Shown here in pieces: positions 1 to 8,460 of a stretch of 64,000 nucleotides of DNA (within the stretch, counting starts at the first letter, position 1; each line of letters begins with the position of its first letter). Position numbers and translations under genes: made by a program. Source of the DNA: a virus (taxonomy: Duplodnaviria; Caudoviricetes); IMG/VR virus record IMGVR_UViG_3300032219_001867, positions 1-64,000 of that record. One strand, 5' to 3'. Below the pieces are notes generated by a model, which worked only from the letters and a program-made list of their open reading frames with translations, did no database searches and was not told where the DNA came from.

Positions 1-74
1 CCTATCGCTAACAACGAAACCTACCAATGCCCGCTTTGTGGCTGGGTAAACAACGAGAGAGAGGACTAACAATC

Positions 75-170
75 ATGCCATTCTGTGAGGACTGTGGAAA
101 CAGACTGTCTTATGAGTCACAACCCTGTGATTCACCAGCACATAACCGACCTATCGCTAAAGATAACTGA
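75..170 (+). CDS. 31-aa Cys-containing peptide
   Basis: Read by hand: MPFCEDCGNRL..., preceded by GAGGA RBS and AATCATG like its neighbours. Confidence 0.5.
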   Translation: MPFCEDCGNRLSYESQPCDSPAHNRPIAKDN

Positions 171-184
171 AAGGACTACCAATC

Positions 185-445
185 ATGCCAATCCTACATA
201 AGCCATACGCTGTAAACCGTATCGGACGATACACCATATCCATTCTGGATACCCTCAATGACGAGACTACGCTGTATTCCGCAGACGACCTTGAACGAGC
301 AGAGCGTAAGGCGCAAAACTCGGTAAACGTAATGAAGTCTGCCAATGCAGTAATCACTATTAGCACTACTGGTGAGGTAGTCTCATACGTCGAAAAGATA
401 AATGACGAAGCAGTTTTGATGCACACCAATGAGGGAGAGGACTAG
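185..445 (+). CDS. hypothetical early protein
   Basis: 86-aa ORF, AAGGA RBS. Confidence 0.7.
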   Translation: MPILHKPYAVNRIGRYTISILDTLNDETTLYSADDLERAERKAQNSVNVMKSANAVITISTTGEVVSYVEKINDEAVLMHTNEGED

Positions 446-450
446 TAATC

Positions 451-843
451 ATGGTTGATTTTACGTTGGTAGAGGAGTCTCTACAGACTGCTAAGGGTAT
501 CGCATACGATACTTGTCATAAAATATACATTCTCATGGACGACAATCAGTTGAGTCTCATGCACCAGTATGAGTATCCTCAAGTTATCAGTCAGGCAAAG
601 CCAGAGGATATGCTGGAAAAAATCAAGACTTGGTATGCAGGTTCTTGTTCTCTCAAGTTTGTCGAATCAGTCACCACGGTAGACGACAACCCCAATGAAG
701 GGTTTATCAGTCTTATCCCTCAAGGCGCAGAGGACGAGGGTAAGTGTGATGACTGCTTAGAGTATGAGGCTAACTGTCTCTGTTCAGACTGGGAGATGGA
801 TGACAGTTTGGACTGGGAAGATGAGGATGACAAAGATGAATGA
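451..843 (+). CDS. hypothetical protein with acidic C-terminus
   Basis: 130-aa ORF, GAGGA RBS, CxxC...CxC then D/E-rich tail. Confidence 0.75.
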   Translation: MVDFTLVEESLQTAKGIAYDTCHKIYILMDDNQLSLMHQYEYPQVISQAKPEDMLEKIKTWYAGSCSLKFVESVTTVDDNPNEGFISLIPQGAEDEGKCDDCLEYEANCLCSDWEMDDSLDWEDEDDKDE

Positions 844-1006
844 TTATCCTGTCTGTCCACTATGTAGTGGATACATTCCTAACAATGATAATCCTGGTGC
901 ATACATGGGCGCGCTTTCTAGGCGCGACAACAAGACAGAAATCTGCTCCCCATGTGGAGGCAAAGAGGCGATGGAGGACTACCTGTCCAATCGCAAAGAC
1001 CGCTAA
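836..1006 (+). CDS. small zinc-finger protein
   Basis: Start moved to ATG 836; CPLC...SRRDNKTEICSPC. Confidence 0.7.
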   Translation: MNDYPVCPLCSGYIPNNDNPGAYMGALSRRDNKTEICSPCGGKEAMEDYLSNRKDR

Positions 1007-1027
1007 CTAACCAATCCAACAGACACT

Positions 1028-1056
1028 CGCTCCCCTCTGGGGAGCGTTTGTCGTTT
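1028..1056 (+). terminator. intrinsic terminator
   Basis: CGCTCCCC-TCT-GGGGAGCG followed by TTTGTCGTTT. Confidence 0.7.
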
Positions 1057-1212
1057 CACCACACACAGACAGGACTATGACCAATGCTGACTACCAAACC
1101 TAACACTCAGAGCGTATGCGCTCAGGTAATCAGTCATGCCACCAAAACAAACCAACACAAACTCCTGTCTGCCAACCCTAGCACACACACACTCAGGAAA
1201 CTCTCAGCAGAC

Positions 1213-1268
1213 CGTTACATAAGCGTTACCAAAATAAGTTGCAACCTGTTGGAGACTCCGACTAGTGT
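1213..1268 (+). promoter_or_regulatory. sigmaA-type promoter with upstream direct-repeat box
   Basis: CGTTAC-N5-CGTTAC, N9, TTGCAA, N18, TAGTGT; same architecture at 3276-3331. Confidence 0.65.
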
Positions 1269-1277
1269 TGTATTACA

Positions 1278-1366
1278 CCTACTGAGAGCATATGTAATCG
1301 TCAGTAGGCGCAAGGCTACAGCGATATGTGGCAAGCCGTTCCCCTACTGTCACAGGTAGGGGAGCG
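1278..1366 (+). ncRNA. putative structured 5' leader (three hairpins)
   Basis: Inverted repeats 1278-1285/1301-1308, 1315-1320/1327-1332, 1337-1347/1356-1366 between the promoter and gene 1405. Confidence 0.35.
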
Positions 1367-1404
1367 CAACTAAAAACAAATCAGAGAATATAAGGGAGAA
1401 CAAA

Positions 1405-1902
1405 ATGGTAAACGATTCATACGAAAGTTTGGACTTTCAGTCAGCAAACGCTTTGGCACAGATTCGTGCAGAGCAAGAGACTGACCAGACAAAGACTGAC
1501 CAAAACGCAAAGCCTGACCAGACAGATTCTGAGAAAGAGGAATTGCGTTACCACATAACTCGTCTCCAGGAAAACATTAGTTACCTGAAGAATGTTATGC
1601 ACGACGCTGGTGAGGAGTTTCTTGGAATTATGGCTGACGCTGAAATTGACAGCAACGAGATTCCAAACCTTATCCGACTAATCAAAGAGGCTGGCGTAGA
1701 CATCCCGATGGAGTCTAAGACTGTGACTGTAGATGTGACTCTCAATCTTAGTGTTGAGGTCGAGGTCGAATTGCCAATCACTCTGAGCGAACACGACGAT
1801 GTGACTGATTACATTGACCAGTTGTTGCCAGAAGCCATTGAAGATGGTGTGCGGAATGGTGACTACAACACCGACAACTACGACGTAACCGACGTTAGTT
1901 AG
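1405..1902 (+). CDS. acidic hypothetical protein
   Basis: 165-aa ORF, AAGGGAG RBS, TDQ repeats near the N-terminus. Confidence 0.8.
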   Translation: MVNDSYESLDFQSANALAQIRAEQETDQTKTDQNAKPDQTDSEKEELRYHITRLQENISYLKNVMHDAGEEFLGIMADAEIDSNEIPNLIRLIKEAGVDIPMESKTVTVDVTLNLSVEVEVELPITLSEHDDVTDYIDQLLPEAIEDGVRNGDYNTDNYDVTDVS

Positions 1903-1913
1903 GGTATCAGACT

Positions 1914-1986
1914 CACAGGCGCGTCTATTCCCCCCAATCTCCGCGCCTGTGTAAACGTGCTGGGTATCACGTTCTCAATCTGCCCA
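1914..1986 (+). promoter_or_regulatory. intergenic hairpin plus H-type pseudoknot
   Basis: 10-bp stem 1914-1923/1942-1951; S1 AACGTG/CACGTT; S2 TGGGTA/TGCCCA. Confidence 0.45.
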
Positions 1987-1997
1987 CTCACAATATT

Positions 1998-2017
1998 AGA
2001 AAGGATAAACAATCATG
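1998..2017 (+). repeat. 20-bp start-associated repeat AGAAAGGATAAACAATCATG (second copy 2530-2549)
   Basis: Exact duplicate spanning the RBS and ATG of two consecutive genes. Confidence 0.8.
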
Positions 2018-2530
2018 CACGTTGCACATATTATGCTCGTTAGTTTAGACAAAGAGTCAACTGAGGAGGACGCGCTCAATCACGTTGCAGACTTGCTAGG
2101 TGACACCACCCCAGACTGGTCTGACTGGCACAATGCTTACCTAGTCAATGAAGAGCCAAACTTTGCTGGACGTTGGGCAGGACACTTCTTTGGTAAGGCT
2201 AATACTTATGACTGTTTGCGATACAGCGACAACCCCGAATTGGCTGAGAAAGCAATCGCTGAACAAGTGGATTACCGAAGCCAACTGTTTGAGAAGGCTC
2301 AAGAGGAGATTCGCAACATGGCGACCCTTTCTTACGACCCTTACGACCCAAAATACGATAGTGCCGGTTGGCTTTTGAGTCGAATGGGAGACATCTACTC
2401 AGATAACTGGACACCGGACTCATATGTTTACGACTTGGAGAACTGGACTGCCAGCCTAAAGTATTGGCGCGAACGTGTAACTGCTAACCCTAACAACGAG
2501 TTTCTTGTCGTTGTTGATTTTCACTTCTAA
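2015..2530 (+). CDS. hypothetical protein
   Basis: 171-aa ORF with strong RBS; DWSDW...AGRW and C-terminal VVVDFH. Confidence 0.8.
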   Translation: MHVAHIMLVSLDKESTEEDALNHVADLLGDTTPDWSDWHNAYLVNEEPNFAGRWAGHFFGKANTYDCLRYSDNPELAEKAIAEQVDYRSQLFEKAQEEIRNMATLSYDPYDPKYDSAGWLLSRMGDIYSDNWTPDSYVYDLENWTASLKYWRERVTANPNNEFLVVVDFHF

Positions 2531-2546
2531 GAAAGGATAAACAATC

Positions 2547-3095
2547 ATGGAAACATACAAGGTAATTACACTTGACGAGACTCGCAGGATAAGTGTTCTG
2601 TGGGATTCATACGCTGGCTCACCAACCGAATGGAATTGGAATGTCGGGCTTTATCCTATCAACCAGAGTCGAGGCTACGACGGATGGCGCATGGACTTTG
2701 GTTTCGTGAATGACGAATTAGACAGTCTTGTTCGTTCGGTTGAGTATCAGGACGTAGATGTTGACGAGGCTATCCACAAGCACCTTGCACGAGCAGGTCT
2801 CAAGAGTAGGACTGTCACTCTTCGTGGCAATTCCCAAAGCGAATGGTGGACAGCCATTGTCTATGGTGAGGACAATGAGTTTGACGGTTTCTTGAACACC
2901 ATGACCGACTATCTTACTGGACAGGTATTCGTTGTGCGCCTTGAGAAGTTGCACACCTACGCCGACGTAGACAACGCCGACAGCACACACACCCATTGGG
3001 AGTATGTGGACAGCATTGGTGAGGTCTACCGTGATGGCACAGACGAAGACGCACAGTTTATGGATGTTCTCGGTATCGAGAAGGTGAGCCACTAA
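2547..3095 (+). CDS. hypothetical protein
   Basis: 182-aa ORF with strong RBS. Confidence 0.8.
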   Translation: METYKVITLDETRRISVLWDSYAGSPTEWNWNVGLYPINQSRGYDGWRMDFGFVNDELDSLVRSVEYQDVDVDEAIHKHLARAGLKSRTVTLRGNSQSEWWTAIVYGEDNEFDGFLNTMTDYLTGQVFVVRLEKLHTYADVDNADSTHTHWEYVDSIGEVYRDGTDEDAQFMDVLGIEKVSH

Positions 3096-3259
3096 TGGGC
3101 AAGACAGCAGACATTATTGACTACTGCGATTCATGTGAAGAAATCCTAGCACTCAAGTATTACGAAGAGTCTGGAAACTATTGGTGTAAGCCTTGCTCAC
3201 CCGACGCTGAGTCTGCTGAGGCTATCGCAGACACACCAACACAAACTCCAATCCGTTAG
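3095..3259 (+). CDS. 54-aa zinc-ribbon protein
   Basis: Read by hand; TAATG coupling; CDSC...WCKPC. Confidence 0.6.
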   Translation: MGKTADIIDYCDSCEEILALKYYEESGNYWCKPCSPDAESAEAIADTPTQTPIR

Positions 3260-3275
3260 GCGTAGCAAACACAGG

Positions 3276-3331
3276 CGTTACCAAACCGTTATCTGCGCAT
3301 ATTGCACAAGCAATATCACCCAGCGTAGACT
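3276..3331 (+). promoter_or_regulatory. sigmaA-type promoter with upstream direct-repeat box
   Basis: CGTTAC-N5-CGTTAT, N9, TTGCAC, N18, TAGACT. Confidence 0.7.
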
Positions 3332-3373
3332 CACAGTAGTTGTAATAACCAACAAAGAGAAAGGAAAACCAAA

Positions 3374-3565
3374 ATGGCAAAATGGCAGATAGATATGCGC
3401 GTGGACTACAGTTTCGAGATTGAGGCTGAGACCGCTGAGGAGGCTGAGCGTTTGGCGTGGGAGTATAACTACAGCGACGACCCGATGGCTTATCAGGGCG
3501 TTTACAGCATTGACGTAGAAGAAATTGAAGAGACAGAAGAAGGTGACTCAGAAGATGAAGACTGA
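3374..3565 (+). CDS. small acidic protein, EAxxxEEA family
   Basis: 63 aa, FEIEAETAEEAE. Confidence 0.75.
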   Translation: MAKWQIDMRVDYSFEIEAETAEEAERLAWEYNYSDDPMAYQGVYSIDVEEIEETEEGDSEDED

Positions 3566-3598
3566 CCAGAAGCCTGACCAGATGAAGACTTACGAGGT

Positions 3599-3802
3599 GT
3601 GACCGTGGAAGAAGAGTGGAATCCAGACAAGTTTATGACTTACCGATATGTGTCTGACTACGCTGTCATTGAGTTTATAGTTCCAGGAATGGCTGACTGG
3701 TCAGAAGAACAATGGGATTCGGCAGGGCAGAACGACCTTGAGTCTTATGTATTTTTGCCACATGAGTATTACTTAGACGACTCATGGGAGAAGAAAGAAT
3801 GA
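3599..3802 (+). CDS. hypothetical protein
   Basis: 67-aa acidic ORF, GTG start. Confidence 0.65.
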   Translation: MTVEEEWNPDKFMTYRYVSDYAVIEFIVPGMADWSEEQWDSAGQNDLESYVFLPHEYYLDDSWEKKE

Positions 3803-3890
3803 GCAAGCATTACTGCACTAAGCACGAAGAAAAATGTGACGAAGACGAACTCTGCCCATCTTGTGGAGGCTGGTATAGAAAGGAAACCGA

Positions 3891-4133
3891 ATGAAACTGA
3901 ATGACGTAAACGCTATCCGTTACGAGGATGTAGAGATTCTGTTCTATGGCGAGGAGTCGTCAGAGTCCAGACTTGTAGGCATTGGTGACGGTAGCACCGT
4001 CTTCGATGAGAACTTTGAGTTTGACGACAAAGTGTTCTATTACTTTCACGATGAGGCTGACTTTGAGAAAGCGCACAACCCAATGAACTTCCCCAGTATG
4101 TTTGATTTTTATATCAAAGGAGAATACAAATGA
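3891..4133 (+). CDS. hypothetical protein
   Basis: 80-aa ORF, GAAAGGA RBS. Confidence 0.75.
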   Translation: MKLNDVNAIRYEDVEILFYGEESSESRLVGIGDGSTVFDENFEFDDKVFYYFHDEADFEKAHNPMNFPSMFDFYIKGEYK

Positions 4134-4312
4134 AGAACTACGAAATAAATTGGCAAGAGACAATAGTCAGAAGCGTAACCGTAATGGGAAACACACGAGA
4201 AGAGGCTATGGAAGCGTTTAGAAGTGGATGCCACACCAAAGTCAAGACAAGGGTTTTGAGCAAACAATCCCCTTCCACTCAAGTCATAAATGAAGGAGAA
4301 ACTAATGACTAA
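4130..4312 (+). CDS. small protein, EAxxxEEA family
   Basis: 60 aa, YEINWQE...VMGNTREEA. Confidence 0.7.
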   Translation: MKNYEINWQETIVRSVTVMGNTREEAMEAFRSGCHTKVKTRVLSKQSPSTQVINEGETND

Positions 4313-4463
4313 ATACAATGTTGCCAAATTGGTGACCACGGAACTTATCACGACCGTGGAAGCCAACAGCCGTGAGGAAGCCAAAGAGATTGCTGAGGCT
4401 ACCGCTGAATATGAGACCGTTGACATTTATGACCGCTTTGACATCTTTGAGGAGAACAACTAA
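4305..4463 (+). CDS. 52-aa protein, EAxxxEEA family
   Basis: Read by hand; AAGGAG RBS; TTVEANSREEAKEIA. Confidence 0.7.
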   Translation: MTKYNVAKLVTTELITTVEANSREEAKEIAEATAEYETVDIYDRFDIFEENN

Positions 4464-4876
4464 TGGCTAACTACTATGGGCAAGCACGAACCAACTACTT
4501 TCAGGTGAAAGACCTGAAGGCTTGGCGCGATGAACTATCTAACTATCCTGTCGAACTCATTGAGACCAAAGACGATGATGGAACTATCAAAGTTGGTTTC
4601 ATGGACGCCAACCAAGATGGTGGTGGACTTGACTGGCAGGTGTATGACGACGAAGGCGAGGAGGCAGAACTTGATTGGACTGACATTCTTGCTCGACACC
4701 TTGCAGACAAAGAGGTAGCCATTCTCATGGAAGTTGGCTCAGAGAAATACCGTTATCTGACTGGTTGGGCGATGGCTGTAAACAACAAGAAAGAAACCCG
4801 CGAGATTAGCCTGAGCAAAGACATCATGGCTGTGGCGCAGGAACTGGGCGACAACGTGACAGGAGCGACCTACTGA
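4463..4876 (+). CDS. hypothetical protein
   Basis: 137-aa ORF; RTNYFQVKD and EVGSEKYRY motifs; TAATG coupling. Confidence 0.8.
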   Translation: MANYYGQARTNYFQVKDLKAWRDELSNYPVELIETKDDDGTIKVGFMDANQDGGGLDWQVYDDEGEEAELDWTDILARHLADKEVAILMEVGSEKYRYLTGWAMAVNNKKETREISLSKDIMAVAQELGDNVTGATY

Positions 4877-5043
4877 TGGCTAAGTATGTTGTGAGGTGGC
4901 AGGAAGTCATTGACTATTCAGTTGAGGTAGAGGCTGAGAACGAAGATGACGCTGTGGATGTGGCATGGCAACGAGCGATAGATGAAGACATTGTGCAGAG
5001 TGAATCAGTTGATATAAGAGTTGAGGAGAGTACTAATGGCTAA
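4876..5043 (+). CDS. 55-aa protein, EAxxxEEA family
   Basis: Read by hand; YVVRWQE...VEVEAENEDDA; TGATG coupling. Confidence 0.7.
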   Translation: MAKYVVRWQEVIDYSVEVEAENEDDAVDVAWQRAIDEDIVQSESVDIRVEESTNG

Positions 5044-5218
5044 AACATATTTTGCAGAGGACGGCTCATACGGAGACGCTGAGAGGCTCGTCGTCATGGA
5101 CACTTCAGATTGGACAGATGAAGAGTGGCAAAAGATTGAGGAGGCTTCCGATTGGGAGCGACCTGCGATTGCCCAAGACATCACGTTCTATGGTGACAAG
5201 GTGGCTAACAATGGCTGA
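5036..5218 (+). CDS. hypothetical protein
   Basis: Start moved to ATG 5036 (GAGGAG RBS). Confidence 0.7.
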   Translation: MAKTYFAEDGSYGDAERLVVMDTSDWTDEEWQKIEEASDWERPAIAQDITFYGDKVANNG

Positions 5219-5570
5219 CCAACTACAAGACGCATCATTCTACGTCCACACGAGTGGCTGGGAAACGGTATGGGAAGACCCTGAGAATCCCAGGTTTATT
5301 GTTGTTCGTAATGGTGATATGAAGATTCATGCGCGACTCAAAGGTGAGGCAGAAGACAGCCCCACCATTATCCGCTACACAACTGACCTTATCTCATACG
5401 GTATCAAAACAGATGAAGACATTGACGCAAGGCTCACCAGTAATGAGTCTTGGTTTTGGGATAACAATCCGTGGTTTGAGGTGTGGGATAGTTTGGACAA
5501 CACCGACGAGGGCGAAGTGTTCTTCACGCTTGATGAGGCTATCGCTTATGCAAAAGAGAGGAAAATCTAA
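5211..5570 (+). CDS. hypothetical protein
   Basis: Start moved to ATG 5211 (AAGGTGG RBS); NNPWFE motif. Confidence 0.75.
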   Translation: MADQLQDASFYVHTSGWETVWEDPENPRFIVVRNGDMKIHARLKGEAEDSPTIIRYTTDLISYGIKTDEDIDARLTSNESWFWDNNPWFEVWDSLDNTDEGEVFFTLDEAIAYAKERKI

Positions 5571-5911
5571 TGGACATCGGAGAACGTTGCACCCATTGTG
5601 GAGAGGACGTATCGTTTGGGTCTGGTAAGTTTATCAACCGTATCCCATCCGTTGCGTCTGCTGAATCTGCGAGTGAGTGGCTCGTAGGTTGGCGCACACA
5701 CATCATGATTGACGGCTATATGTGCGCCGAATGTCAATGCTTAGACTGTGAGACTTGTGGCAAGCCAGTCTGGGTTGACGAAGAGGTGGACGACGCTGAC
5801 GGCTTCCACCACCACGCTCAATGTCTTCCCCAACACAAACACGCGGGGATTGACGGAGAACCATGCAAATGCCAAATATGCGCTCTTGCAAATGTTGGAG
5901 AAATGAACTAA
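5570..5911 (+). CDS. Cys/His-rich putative zinc-binding protein
   Basis: 113 aa with several CxxC pairs. Confidence 0.75.
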   Translation: MDIGERCTHCGEDVSFGSGKFINRIPSVASAESASEWLVGWRTHIMIDGYMCAECQCLDCETCGKPVWVDEEVDDADGFHHHAQCLPQHKHAGIDGEPCKCQICALANVGEMN

Positions 5912-5939
5912 GTTGGATACAACAACAGAAAGGAACACC

Positions 5940-6212
5940 ATGACCAACATCAAGTTTGAAGCAGTAAATGAAGAAACAACCGGCTGGCTACGCAAGTGTT
6001 ACGGCACATGGAAGGGACACCGTGTATCTTTGCAGTTTGGATGGGACACCTACAACGGATATGAGCGTTACACAACCGACGTAGAACAACTCCCAGAGGA
6101 ATTGCGCGCCGAGTTTATGGAGTGGTATGAAAACATTGACGACGATGTTTTAGACGACCTCACATGGCAAAGCATGACCAACGATAACTATGAGAAGCGG
6201 GGTTTGAACTAA
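5940..6212 (+). CDS. hypothetical protein
   Basis: Start moved to ATG 5940 (GAAAGGA RBS). Confidence 0.7.
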   Translation: MTNIKFEAVNEETTGWLRKCYGTWKGHRVSLQFGWDTYNGYERYTTDVEQLPEELRAEFMEWYENIDDDVLDDLTWQSMTNDNYEKRGLN

Positions 6213-6463
6213 TGGATAGGAAACAACTGTGCGAGGTGTTTGCACTAGGAAACGTCCTCAGCGATTACCCACGGGAACTGTCTTACGATGACCTCTGGAG
6301 CGCACTTAGCGAAAACACAATGCCTGAAGGTGTTGTTGTTTGGCTACCTTTTGAGGAGCATGAGCCACAAGTGATTGCTGAGTTTATTGCCGAACAATAC
6401 GAGATGCTCAGTTATTTTGCAGAAAAACTGGAAAGCCTGACCAAAGAGAAGGAGAACGACTAA
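6212..6463 (+). CDS. hypothetical protein
   Basis: 83 aa, TAATG coupling. Confidence 0.7.
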   Translation: MDRKQLCEVFALGNVLSDYPRELSYDDLWSALSENTMPEGVVVWLPFEEHEPQVIAEFIAEQYEMLSYFAEKLESLTKEKEND

Positions 6464-6873
6464 TGGGAGACCGTAGCAATATTGCCATCCAGGATACAAA
6501 TGGAAACCGCGTTTATCTTTACGCACATTGGCTGGGTGAGGACATCCTGACCATTGCCAAAGACGTGCTAGAACGCCGTGAGCGTTGGGATGACGAGCCT
6601 TACTTGGCTCGCATGATGTTCAATGCCATGACCAGAGGTGACGAAGACGACTCGACAGGCTTTGGTATTACGACCTACCTTTCTGACTACGACTACCCTG
6701 TCATTGTGGTCAGCCCCAGCGAGGAGATGGTGTGGCTTGAGACTGTAGATTCTACTACTCGTGCCATGCAACAAGGCACAGAGAAGGTTAGTTTTGAGAC
6801 CTTTATCAACTGTGTGCCTAGTCAGCCTACGTTCCTCAATGTAGCAATCAACATGGGGATGGTGTTCGTATGA
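6463..6873 (+). CDS. hypothetical phage protein
   Basis: 136 aa; MGDRSN...YLYAHW.G...RWDDEPYLAR. Confidence 0.8.
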   Translation: MGDRSNIAIQDTNGNRVYLYAHWLGEDILTIAKDVLERRERWDDEPYLARMMFNAMTRGDEDDSTGFGITTYLSDYDYPVIVVSPSEEMVWLETVDSTTRAMQQGTEKVSFETFINCVPSQPTFLNVAINMGMVFV

Positions 6874-7037
6874 GAGTTGAAGACCTGCTCAAAATTGTTT
6901 GGGAGTATGCTCCTCGCACGATTGTTGATGAGACTGACGAGGGAGAGATTATTCTTGCGCTGGGCATGAAACTAGCCGACGACAGCGCAACACTTGTAGA
7001 CCTTGACTTTGACGAAGACTTGGGCGAAGACGGCTAA
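6870..7037 (+). CDS. 55-aa acidic protein
   Basis: Read by hand; ATGA overlap. Confidence 0.6.
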   Translation: MRVEDLLKIVWEYAPRTIVDETDEGEIILALGMKLADDSATLVDLDFDEDLGEDG

Positions 7038-7069
7038 TCTAATCACTAATAACGAGGGAGATATATAAC

Positions 7070-7474
7070 ATGAAGACTAACGAATACGATGTAAACATTT
7101 ACGCCCCAGACGACGAGACAGTCAAGTTGATTGCTTACCAGTGGGTTATGTATGCGCCGGATTCAGCAGACAAAAGCATTTACTCAGGAGTTGAGTGGAC
7201 GGCTGGGCGTGGTGAGGAGGTTGAGTCACACCTCACTCTCACAGTCAAGGACAATCTTCCTGCCATCCGGTATGTGTTCTCCATTTTGGAAGACAACGAG
7301 GCTTTTCTTCGGATTATGGATAAGGATGATGACTGGACGCTGGAAGAGTATGATTCCTGGCATGGTGTGTGGGATGACTTTGCGGGCGAGAACGCACCCG
7401 CTGTCATTCAGAACTGGGCATCAAGTCTGCCGGAATACGATGACGGTATGCTTGAAACGGATACCGACAAGTGA
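7070..7474 (+). CDS. acidic hypothetical protein
   Basis: 134 aa, GAGGGAG RBS. Confidence 0.75.
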   Translation: MKTNEYDVNIYAPDDETVKLIAYQWVMYAPDSADKSIYSGVEWTAGRGEEVESHLTLTVKDNLPAIRYVFSILEDNEAFLRIMDKDDDWTLEEYDSWHGVWDDFAGENAPAVIQNWASSLPEYDDGMLETDTDK

Positions 7475-7592
7475 CCCCTGACGAGGCTATGCAAGCCATT
7501 GAGAACGTCCTTGAAGGCTGGCAACAAGGTTTTATGCACGACAAGGAAGCCCTACGCACCATCGTGGGCATCAGTTACGAATGGAAATACTG

Positions 7593-7805
7593 ATGGCCCA
7601 CGACGATTACTATCTGCCAAGGCTATCTGACGAGTATGAGACCGAGGGCACGGTGATTGTTCAAGCGTCCTGCATCAAGTGTGGTTACGAAGACGCGCAA
7701 GCAGAGGTGCTTGCTTCAGGTAACTGGTATCGCTGGGCTGGCTTTTGGGAGTGCCCAAAGTGCAAGACCGAGCACACGCACATGGGAGAGTGGGAAACCG
7801 AATGA
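7593..7805 (+). CDS. zinc-ribbon protein
   Basis: CIKC...WECPKC; TGATG-coupled start. Confidence 0.65.
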   Translation: MAHDDYYLPRLSDEYETEGTVIVQASCIKCGYEDAQAEVLASGNWYRWAGFWECPKCKTEHTHMGEWETE

Positions 7806-7929
7806 CTCCTGAAGTAATGAGGCTTGCTGTTCAGTTACTGTGGCAGGAATACGCTAACAAGCCTAGCGAGTTGGCCTTAGAGCGACTGCGCGTTGCCACG
7901 ATGCTATACGAAGACTGGCTATTTACTCA

Positions 7930-8049
7930 ATGAGTAAGTTTGCTTGGTGCATGGATGGTCATCACCATAACTGCGCCGTTACATACCAATGGAATGATGC
8001 ACCCGTAATCTGCGAGTGCGAATGTCACAAGAAAGAGGAGAAGCAATGA
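7930..8049 (+). CDS. 39-aa Cys/His peptide
   Basis: Read by hand: WCMDGHHHNC...CECECH. Confidence 0.6.
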   Translation: MSKFAWCMDGHHHNCAVTYQWNDAPVICECECHKKEEKQ

Positions 8050-8219
8050 AAGTGCAAACACCAACGATGTATTCAGCCGACTGGGACGGCAACTGGAGTA
8101 GTGAGGACGAGGTAGTCACAACTTACTCTGCTCTCAAACACGCACAGCAAAATGCGTTTCAAGAGGGCGTGCGTTGGGCAGAGCGTGAGATGTTGGCGTT
8201 TATTACAGGAAAGGCGTAA
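8046..8219 (+). CDS. hypothetical protein
   Basis: ATG 8046 with GAGGAG RBS. Confidence 0.65.
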   Translation: MKVQTPTMYSADWDGNWSSEDEVVTTYSALKHAQQNAFQEGVRWAEREMLAFITGKA

Positions 8220-8223
8220 CACA

Positions 8224-8460
8224 ATGAAACTACTAGACATTACAAAAGTAGAAAAGAGCGTATACAGCGTTACTTCACCAGCCTGTCCAGATTGTGGGAC
8301 AAGCCTTACCAAGTTGATTAGTTCAGACCAGTTGTATTCCTATCGCATGGGATTTCATGTTCAGGATGTGTTCCCTAGTTTAGACGCAGACGAGAGGGAG
8401 CAGTTTATTTCAGGTTACTGTGGTTTGTGTTGGGACAGGATGTGGATTAGTAACACATGA
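8224..8460 (+). CDS. zinc-finger protein
   Basis: Start moved to ATG 8224; CPDC...QDVFP.L...ERE..ISGYCGLCWD. Confidence 0.7.
   Translation: MKLLDITKVEKSVYSVTSPACPDCGTSLTKLISSDQLYSYRMGFHVQDVFPSLDADEREQFISGYCGLCWDRMWISNT

Noticed and set aside
1084-1359. 91-aa ORF in the track
   Set aside because: It overlaps the predicted promoter and leader hairpins and has atypical composition; the region is more likely non-coding.
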